This document shows positions 26,044 to 32,000 of a stretch of 32,000 nucleotides of DNA, in pieces. Location: the NCBI RefSeq assembly GCF_020969955.1, contig NZ_JAHDSX010000007.1:1-32000 (forward strand). The letters are read 5' to 3'. Origin of the DNA: Allobaculum fili. GTDB lineage: Bacteria; Bacillota_I; Bacilli_A; Erysipelotrichales; Erysipelotrichaceae. The position numbers and the translations under genes are program-made. The notes below the pieces were generated by a model. That model was not told the origin of the DNA. It worked only from the letters and a program-made list of their open reading frames with translations, and did no database searches. Within the stretch, counting starts at the first letter, position 1. Each line of letters starts with the position of its first letter.

Positions 26044-27201
26044 ATGTTCAGTCAGAATGATGTCTTGCAGTATGTGGAAGAGGAAGGCGTAAAATTCATC
26101 CGCCTGGCCTACTACGATTTATTTGGGGTACAGAGAAATGTCTCGATCATGCCTGTACAGCTGAAAAAGGCGTTTGAGAAGGGAATTACGATCGACGGAT
26201 TGCAGGTTTTTGGAAACAGCACAAACGGGGAAGATCTGGTCATTAAGCCGGACGCCTCGACGATGATTCTTCTGCCCTGGCGTTCCATGGAAAACGGCGT
26301 GATTCATATGGTCTGCGATCTGTATCATATTGACGGCCGCAAATATAAACCGGATCCGCGCACCCTGCTGAAAAATGCCCTCGATCAGGCGCATGCTCTC
26401 GATCTGGATCTGCTCATGGCCTCCAAATTTGAGTTTTATCTTTTTGAACGCGACGAAAAGGGAAAGCGAACGAAGATTCCTTTTGATGAGGGAAGCTATA
26501 TGGATGTGGCGCCCTTAGATGGCGGGGAAAATATCCGCCGTGAGATCTGTCTGCTGCTTGAAGAAATGGGGCTGGATCCGCATAAATCGTTCCATCAGCT
26601 CGGTCCGGGACAAAATGAGATCGACTTTCATTTTTCAGAACCGCTCGATGCTGCCGATGAAGCGTCTCTGTTTAAGTGGATTGTCCGTACGACTGCCAAT
26701 TCCAATGGTCTCTATGCCGATTTTTCGCCAAACCCGCTCCAAAATCAGCCGGGAAGTGCGATGCACGTGCAGATCCGTTTTCTCGGGGACAGTCTGTATA
26801 AACAGGGCGCCTTTATCGCCGGACTGCTGCGCTATTTGCCGGACGTTCAGCTTTTTCTCTGCCCTTCTGCCGAATCGTATACGCGTCTGGCGTATGCGAC
26901 GGCACCTAAGCGCTTTAATTTTTCGGATCGAATTCGCAACGTCATGGTCCGCATTCCGCCGCTATCGCATGACGTGCTGGAAGTCCGCCTTCCCGATGCG
27001 CAGGCCAATCCGTATCTGACCTTTGCTCTTGTGCTGTTTGCGGGTATGGAAGGCCTGCGGCAAAATCTCAAAATTGAAGACGTTCCCATCCAGAAAGTCG
27101 CCGCAAGCCGCCTGGAAGCGCAGATTCTGGCGGATCAGTCCGCATTTGTTGAGCACTATATCGATCCGGCCGTAATTCAGGCGTATAAAACCAGAGGGTA
27201 A
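26044..27201 (+). CDS. Glutamine-synthetase-like protein (GSI fold, shortened, active-site substitutions)
   Basis: 385 aa. GS blocks: VKFIRLAYYDLFG, SKFEFYLF, GSYMDVAP, FHQLGPGQNEIDF, GSAMHV, ESYTRL, MVRIP, LEVRLPDAQANPYL. AGGAAGGAA is upstream of the ATG. Confidence 0.85.
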   Translation: MFSQNDVLQYVEEEGVKFIRLAYYDLFGVQRNVSIMPVQLKKAFEKGITIDGLQVFGNSTNGEDLVIKPDASTMILLPWRSMENGVIHMVCDLYHIDGRKYKPDPRTLLKNALDQAHALDLDLLMASKFEFYLFERDEKGKRTKIPFDEGSYMDVAPLDGGENIRREICLLLEEMGLDPHKSFHQLGPGQNEIDFHFSEPLDAADEASLFKWIVRTTANSNGLYADFSPNPLQNQPGSAMHVQIRFLGDSLYKQGAFIAGLLRYLPDVQLFLCPSAESYTRLAYATAPKRFNFSDRIRNVMVRIPPLSHDVLEVRLPDAQANPYLTFALVLFAGMEGLRQNLKIEDVPIQKVAASRLEAQILADQSAFVEHYIDPAVIQAYKTRG

Positions 27202-27205
27202 TGCT

Positions 27206-27811
27206 GTGTCCGTGAGAACTCTGCTCATCCTCGATGAGCTGCCGCAGCTCAGTGAAGACCTGCTGCGAAACTGCGGCTGGAATGCCGTTTTGCGCATGGA
27301 CAGCAGCAGCGCCAGACGCTATCTGGCTTCCTCATCGGTCGATCTGATCGCAGTGAAAGTGGAAAGACGCCAGTCTGCGATTTCTTCTCTTGTTCTGGAA
27401 CTTTGCGCGCTGCATCAGATTTCCGGTCTGATCCTCTGCTCACCCGAGCTGGTCGATACGCTGTCTTATCAGATGCGAAGCGTCCCGATTCTGGTTCTGC
27501 CCGTCAATACGGCGCGGACCATTCTGGTTCAGGTTCTTGCGTATTTGCGCAAGTCCATTGATGAGGCAAGACGTCTTTCCCAGTCGCTGATGCGGGAGAA
27601 AAAGAAGGCACAGGATGAAAAATTCATCAGTCAGGTCAAAATCGAACTGGCTTTGAAGTGCCGCTGGTCGGAAGAGAAAGCCCACCAGTACATTTTGAAA
27701 ACGGCGATGGATCATTCGATGACCAAAGTGGCCGCCGCAAGGCAGATCCTTGCCAGATTGGAGCGAATTTCCAGTGAAAGTAAAAAAGACAAACGCGATA
27801 CGTCAGCTTGA
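27206..27811 (+). CDS. ANTAR-domain RNA-binding antiterminator with an N-terminal pseudo-receiver (NitR/AmiR-like)
   Basis: 201 aa. GTG start 4 nt after the GS-like stop, with AGAGGG 7 nt upstream. Receiver-like N-terminal half (LLILDELPQ...VDLIAVKV). C-terminal ANTAR block: DEKFISQVKIELALKCRWSEEKAHQYILKTAMDHSMTKVAAARQILARL. Confidence 0.85.
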   Translation: MSVRTLLILDELPQLSEDLLRNCGWNAVLRMDSSSARRYLASSSVDLIAVKVERRQSAISSLVLELCALHQISGLILCSPELVDTLSYQMRSVPILVLPVNTARTILVQVLAYLRKSIDEARRLSQSLMREKKKAQDEKFISQVKIELALKCRWSEEKAHQYILKTAMDHSMTKVAAARQILARLERISSESKKDKRDTSA

Positions 27812-28250
27812 TACGCATAAAATTGACTATGTTCCGCATGATTTAAAGCTTTCCGAAGCTGCGGATGCACAGACGGTAGCCCATCTGCTAAATACAACCG
27901 AAGAGCAGGTGTTCAAAACGCTCGTTACCGTCGGACACGATAAAGAACATTACGTGTTCATGCTGCCGGCAAACGCCCATCTTTCCCTGAAAAAAGCCGC
28001 CAGAGCGGTGGGAACCAAGAAGATTGAAATGATCGCGCAAAAGGAACTGTTTCCGCTGACCGGCTATGTACATGGCGGCTGTTCGCCGCTTGGCATGAAA
28101 AAGAAGTTTGCAACGTTTATTGATCAGAGCGCCCTCTCTCACGATCCGATTTTCTTTTCCGGCGGTCAGATCGGCGTGCAGATTGAAATCAATCCGAACG
28201 ATCTGATCGAAACCTTCCAGGTTAAACCGGCAGATCTTTGCGAAGACTAG
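27774..28250 (+). CDS. ybaK: Cys-tRNA(Pro)/Cys-tRNA(Cys) deacylase YbaK/EbsC family
   Basis: The track ORF starts at TTG 27750. I prefer GTG 27774 (VKVKKTNAIRQLD...), which matches typical YbaK N-termini and has GGAG ~10 nt upstream. Either start overlaps the ANTAR gene 3' end. Conserved block: TGYVHGGCSPLGMKKKF...IFFSGGQIGVQIEI. Confidence 0.85.
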   Translation: MKVKKTNAIRQLDTHKIDYVPHDLKLSEAADAQTVAHLLNTTEEQVFKTLVTVGHDKEHYVFMLPANAHLSLKKAARAVGTKKIEMIAQKELFPLTGYVHGGCSPLGMKKKFATFIDQSALSHDPIFFSGGQIGVQIEINPNDLIETFQVKPADLCED

Positions 28251-28286
28251 CTTTGCCCGCAGGCAGCTGAAAAACAGAAACATACA

Positions 28287-28331
28287 TCCGGCTTCTCCCG
28301 AAAGAGAAAGATCCGGATTTTTCTTTGTTTT
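28287..28331 (+). terminator. Rho-independent terminator after ybaK
   Basis: Outer stem TCCGG (28287-28291) / CCGGA (28313-28317). Inner stem TTCTC/GAGAA with loop CCGAAA. Followed by TTTTTCTTTGTTTT. Confidence 0.55.
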
Positions 28332-28355
28332 GGACCGGATTTTTCTTGGTTTGGA
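28313..28355. repeat. Tandem direct repeat (22 + 21 bp): CCGGATTTTTCTT(T)G(T)TTTGGA
   Basis: Copy 1 is 28313-28334 (ccggatttttctttgttttgga) and copy 2 is 28335-28355 (ccggatttttcttggtttgga). Copy 1 is the 3' arm plus U-tract of the ybaK terminator. Confidence 0.9.
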
Positions 28356-28489
28356 TATAGGAAGACTGTACTGCGGATTGTTGATAAATCAATTTGTATT
28401 TTTTGTTTGAATTGCTTTCCAAATGATTGTCTGGGATTGGAAAGTACGGGTTTGAGCGGATACACTTTCAGAGAAAGGATGTTTTATGT

Positions 28490-29791
28490 ATGAAAGCATT
28501 TTCCAGCAACATTTATCAGATTTATCCGCTTGGCGCTGCCGGTGCTCCATTTGAAAACGACCGCCAGCTGACGCACCGGCTTGGCCGCTTTGAAACGTGG
28601 ACGGATCATCTCAAAAAGCTGAACATGAACATGGTTCTGTTCAATCCGCTGTTTGAATCCGTCAGCCACGGTTACGACACCACGGATTATCGCAAAGTCG
28701 ACTCCCGGCTCGGGGACGAGAAAGACCTGAAGCATCTGGTCGACCGTTATCATGAAAACGGCATTTCGGTTTTGTTTGACGCAGTATTCAATCATGCAGG
28801 AAGGGAATATCCGCCGTTCCAGGACGTTTTGAAAAACCGGGAAAATTCGCGTTACAAAGACTGGTTTCTCATCGATTTCAACGGCAACAATTCCTATGAC
28901 GATCATCTCTGGTACCAGAACTGGGAAGGGTATGACGCGCTCGTCAAGCTCAACCTGAAAAATCCGGAAGTCGTTTCGGAGCTTCTTTCCGTCGTCGATT
29001 TCTGGATCGACACGTTTGGCGTAGACGGTCTTCGTCTCGATGTCGCCTATTGCCTGGATCCGGATTTCCTGCGTACGCTTCATCATCATGTCAAAAGCCG
29101 CAATCCGGAGTTTTTCCTGCTTGGCGAAACGCTCCATGGCGATTACAACACCTGGGTAAACAGCGAGATGCTCGATTCGTGTACGAACTACGAATGCTAC
29201 AAAGGACTGTATTCCTCGTTCAACTCGAAAAACTTTTACGAGATTCTCTATTCCTTCAAACGCCAGTTTGGCAAGGAACCGTGGTGTCTCTATACCGGCA
29301 GGCATCTGCTCTCCTTTGTCGATAATCATGACGTCAACCGAATCGCTTCCCAGCTCGAAAACAAAAAGCAGCTGCCAGCGATTTATGCGATGCTCTTTAC
29401 GATGCCGGGCATTCCGGCTGTTTACTACGGCAGCGAGTGGGGAATGGAAGGCCGCAAAAACCAGAACGATACGGAACTGCGCAAGGAAGTTAAAGTTCCT
29501 CAATGGAATGAACTGACGGATCAGATCGCCCGTCTGGCGAAAATCCGTCTTGAGCATCCGGAACTCGTGTATGGCGACTACACCCAGATCGCGATTAACA
29601 ATCCCTGGTGCTTGTTCCAGCGCTCCCTCGATGGGAAATCCGTATGGACCGCCGTCAATCTGCTCGATGAACCGGTCGATATCCCGGTTCCAGCCCATCA
29701 GCGCATGACGAACCTGATGAATGACGAGAGCGAAGACATTCAGGGATCGGTTCATGTCGAACCCAATTCCTTTAAGATTCTTGGGTTTTAA
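28490..29791 (+). CDS. Cytoplasmic alpha-amylase-family glycoside hydrolase (GH13)
   Basis: The track ORF is 28427-29791. The preferred start is ATG 28490 (MKAFSSNIYQIYPLG...), after GAGAAAGGA. GH13 regions: I LFDAVFNHAG, II GVDGLRLDVA, III FLLGETLH, IV SFVDNHD. No signal peptide. Confidence 0.9.
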   Translation: MKAFSSNIYQIYPLGAAGAPFENDRQLTHRLGRFETWTDHLKKLNMNMVLFNPLFESVSHGYDTTDYRKVDSRLGDEKDLKHLVDRYHENGISVLFDAVFNHAGREYPPFQDVLKNRENSRYKDWFLIDFNGNNSYDDHLWYQNWEGYDALVKLNLKNPEVVSELLSVVDFWIDTFGVDGLRLDVAYCLDPDFLRTLHHHVKSRNPEFFLLGETLHGDYNTWVNSEMLDSCTNYECYKGLYSSFNSKNFYEILYSFKRQFGKEPWCLYTGRHLLSFVDNHDVNRIASQLENKKQLPAIYAMLFTMPGIPAVYYGSEWGMEGRKNQNDTELRKEVKVPQWNELTDQIARLAKIRLEHPELVYGDYTQIAINNPWCLFQRSLDGKSVWTAVNLLDEPVDIPVPAHQRMTNLMNDESEDIQGSVHVEPNSFKILGF

Positions 29792-29841
29792 CTTCCCGAA
29801 AAGCGAGAAGGAAACCCGACCGAAATACTATTTGAATCCGC

Positions 29842-29884
29842 AAAAAAGCCTCATGACATGCGATCGGTCATGAGGCTTTCGTTT
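29842..29884. terminator. Bidirectional rho-independent terminator (GH13 gene on +, lipoprotein gene on -)
   Basis: AAAAAA-GCCTCATGAC (29848-29857), loop ATGCGATCG, then GTCATGAGGC (29867-29876) followed by TTTCGTTT. A perfect 10-bp stem is flanked by an A-run and a T-run, so it reads as stem plus U-tract on both strands. Confidence 0.8.
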
Positions 29885-30021
29885 ATGCATGGTTTAAAAG
29901 TTCAGGCACACGCTAAACCCGAACAGAACTTCCCCAAGTCTTTCGAGTATGGTGGCTATGCCTTTACTTCCTATGCGTATTTTTGACGGCGCAAAAGTTT
30001 GCGCGCAGGCATTTGAGTGAA

Positions 30022-30456
30022 TTACTTCGCTGCTGCTTCGTCAACGGCTTCCATGATGGCGGAAAGGTTAATGGTGCATCCGCTCTTCACGTCTTCGTCT
30101 TCTGCGTAGCCGTCTGCATCGAGTTTAACGGCTTCTGGTCCGTTTTCAACGATGTATTTTTCAAGGAATTCAACCTGTTCGTTCCATTCCTTGCCGATGC
30201 CGGAAGCACTCTTCATGCCGTACTCGGCACCGAGTTCTTTTTTTGTTTTTCCATCTTCGGTGGTTTCGTCGATGGTTACGCCCGTGATTTTTCCGTCTTT
30301 CTTCGTAACGGTTGCGGATACGTCCTGACCGTCGTGGTCTACGTAAGCGGTGTTGCTGGTTTCACCGGCTGCGCTGGAGCTGTTTGCACTTCCAGATGTG
30401 CAGCCTGCGAAAAGGAGAGTCGCAGCGGTGAGAGCCGCAAATGCTTTTTTGTTCAT
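30022..30456 (-). CDS. Small secreted lipoprotein, possibly with an FMN-binding-domain-like fold
   Basis: 144 aa. Lipobox: MNKKAFAALTAATLLFAG-C. Low-complexity linker, then KDGKITGVTIDETTEDGKTKKELGAEYGMK. GGAGGA is 8 nt upstream of the ATG. The functional guess is weak. Confidence 0.8.
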   Translation of the reverse strand: MNKKAFAALTAATLLFAGCTSGSANSSSAAGETSNTAYVDHDGQDVSATVTKKDGKITGVTIDETTEDGKTKKELGAEYGMKSASGIGKEWNEQVEFLEKYIVENGPEAVKLDADGYAEDEDVKSGCTINLSAIMEAVDEAAAK

Positions 30457-30550
30457 TTGTCTGTCCTCCAGACGGCATACAGCCGTCGTTAATCCGATTT
30501 TTCACAAACGATTGCCCAAAAAGGACATCATCTGCCGGAATTCAATCGTG

Positions 30551-30559
30551 ATTATAACA
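30551..30559 (-). promoter_or_regulatory. Extended -10 promoter element (TGTTATAAT) for the lipoprotein gene
   Basis: Minus strand reads TG-T-TATAAT (30559-30551), ~90 nt upstream of the ATG at 30456. No good -35 at standard spacing. Confidence 0.4.
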
Positions 30560-30879
30560 AATGAAATGAAAAAGGCGAACAAATTGATTCGTAAAAAATG
30601 AATTTAATTTTATCACCATAATGTTCATCCGGCGAAAAAAACAAGAACCGTGACCGGAAAAGTAACGTTTTGAACAGGAAATGCAAAGAAATTCGCGAAA
30701 ATCAACCTCACTTTGCATACGGTATGCGAGTGTTCCGGCAGTGACGGCAAAAAGCGGCGTCCGTCTGGATTCACCCTGCGGGTACATTCTGTATACGATG
30801 CGGACTGGCCTGAAAATCACATGCGTTTACAGCGTCATCGAATACCGGACATACGGAGGGGCTTTCTGGATCCTATTGG

Positions 30880-30911
30880 AAGACAGAGAAAAAGCCGTCA
30901 CAAAGACGGCT
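30880..30911 (-). terminator. Rho-independent terminator of pyrG
   Basis: Minus strand reads AGCCGTC-TTTGT-GACGGCT followed by TTTTCTCTGTCTT. It lies ~40 nt after the pyrG stop. Confidence 0.7.
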
Positions 30912-30915
30912 GAAA

Positions 30916-30963
30916 TTACAATTATTCTTACGCTTGCTCTTACCCCTGTTCCTACTCCTGTTC
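30916..30963. repeat. Four 12-nt tandem units at and after the pyrG stop, each ending in an in-frame stop codon
   Basis: Minus-strand units: GAACAGGAGTAG (30963-30952, the real stop), GAACAGGGGTAA (30951-30940), GAGCAAGCGTAA (30939-30928), GAATAATTGTAA (30927-30916). Neighbouring units share 10/12, 9/12 and 8/12 positions. Confidence 0.85.
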
Positions 30964-32000
30964 CTGCTCTTCGGATTTCATTCTGGCGTTTTTCACAGCG
31001 GCCTGAATCAGTCCGTCAAAGAGCGGATGTACGCGGGTAGGGCGGGATTTGAATTCGGGATGGTACTGCACGCCGATATAAAATGGATGATCGGTATACT
31101 CGATGGCTTCTACCAGAGAATTGTCCGGACTCGTTCCGGCGATCGTCATTTTGTTTTCTTCAAAGCGGCTGCGGTAGAGATTGTTGAATTCATAGCGATG
31201 ACGGTGTCTTTCGCTCGTACGGTCCGCCTGATACAGATCATGCAGGCGGGTACCGTCATGGATGTAGCACGGATAGGCGCCAAGCCGCATCGTTCCGCCT
31301 TTGCGAATGTCATTGGACTGATCGGCCATGAAATCGATAATCGCATCGGGCGTGTTTTCATCAAATTCAAAGGAATTCGCCTGCTCGAGTCCGAGGACGT
31401 CCCGGGCAAAGGAAATGGCTGCGATCTGCATGCCCAGACAAATGCCCAGGTAAGGAATCTTATGCTCTCTGGCATAGCCCGCCGCAGCAATCATGCCTTC
31501 AATGCCGCGGCCGCCAAAGCCGCCGGGAACGATAATGCCGTCGACATCCGAGAAAACTTCGTCAAAATTGTCGAGATGTTCGGAATCGATCCATTTGATG
31601 TTCAGGCGGACTCCGTTTTTGAAGGCGCCGTGATGGAGCGCTTCCGCAACAGAAAGATACGCGTCATGCAGGGCGACGTATTTCCCGACAAGACCGATCG
31701 TGACTTCCTGATCGGCTTTGTGAATGGAATCGACCATGGCTTTCCAGTTTTCCAGATCCGGCGTTCGGTTTTCGAGACCGAGCTTTTTGCAGATGACGTC
31801 TGCAATATGCTGCTCTTCCAGCATCAATGGCACTTCATACAGAGAATCGAGCGTGCGGTTTTCGAAGACCGACTCGGGTTCGACGTTGCAGAAAAGGGAA
31901 ATCTTGTCTAGAACCGAAGAGGGAATCGATTCATCGCAACGGGCAATGATGAGATCGGGGTGAATGCCAAAGCTCATCAGTTCCTTGACAGAATGCTGGG
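30952..32000 (-). CDS. pyrG: CTP synthase, C-terminal ~350 codons; the 5' end lies beyond the right window edge
   Basis: The track ORF 30952-31977 starts at an internal Met. The frame stays open to nt 32000 (..QHSVKELMSFGIHPDLIIARCD, cf. the conserved TKPTQHSVKEL block). Glutamine amidotransferase triad blocks: PYLGICLGMQ and YIGVQYHPEF. Confidence 0.93.
   Translation of the reverse strand, partial: QHSVKELMSFGIHPDLIIARCDESIPSSVLDKISLFCNVEPESVFENRTLDSLYEVPLMLEEQHIADVICKKLGLENRTPDLENWKAMVDSIHKADQEVTIGLVGKYVALHDAYLSVAEALHHGAFKNGVRLNIKWIDSEHLDNFDEVFSDVDGIIVPGGFGGRGIEGMIAAAGYAREHKIPYLGICLGMQIAAISFARDVLGLEQANSFEFDENTPDAIIDFMADQSNDIRKGGTMRLGAYPCYIHDGTRLHDLYQADRTSERHRHRYEFNNLYRSRFEENKMTIAGTSPDNSLVEAIEYTDHPFYIGVQYHPEFKSRPTRVHPLFDGLIQAAVKNARMKSEEQEQE

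Overview
About 32 kb that looks like a chromosome segment from a Gram-positive anaerobe (Firmicutes-like). All calls come from reading motifs by eye; no searches were run.

Gene content, left to right:
- A DDE transposase gene truncated by the left window edge. It is missing from the ORF track.
- A 1628-aa cell-wall-anchored vWFA / isopeptide-domain adhesin with a PPNTG sorting signal.
- A thioredoxin-reductase-like flavoprotein with no CxxC.
- An ECF sigma / zinc-finger anti-sigma pair.
- A 9.7-kb minus-strand nitrogen-assimilation operon: type III glutamine synthetase, asnB, gltB, gltD.
- A plus-strand beta-glucoside cassette: PTS EIIBCA, GH1 6-phospho-beta-glucosidase, RpiR regulator.
- A frameshifted SIR2-like pseudogene.
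- A GS-like protein with a degenerate active site, followed 4 nt later by a pseudo-receiver ANTAR antiterminator, then ybaK.
- A cytoplasmic GH13 enzyme, a small lipoprotein, and the 3' two-thirds of pyrG running off the right edge.

I saw no rRNA, tRNA or CRISPR array.

Most interesting lead: the GS-like/ANTAR pair together with two similarly built, terminator-like structured leaders, one upstream of the type III GS operon and one upstream of the GS-like gene. This suggests a sensor plus RNA-antiterminator circuit for nitrogen assimilation.

Other leads:
- A G8 homopolymer inside the adhesin gene.
- A 62/64-bp tandem duplication across the anti-sigma stop codon.
- A 12-nt periodic run of in-frame stop codons after pyrG.
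- Several unexplained non-coding stretches.

Nearly every real gene carries a long antisense shadow ORF in the track; I rejected these.
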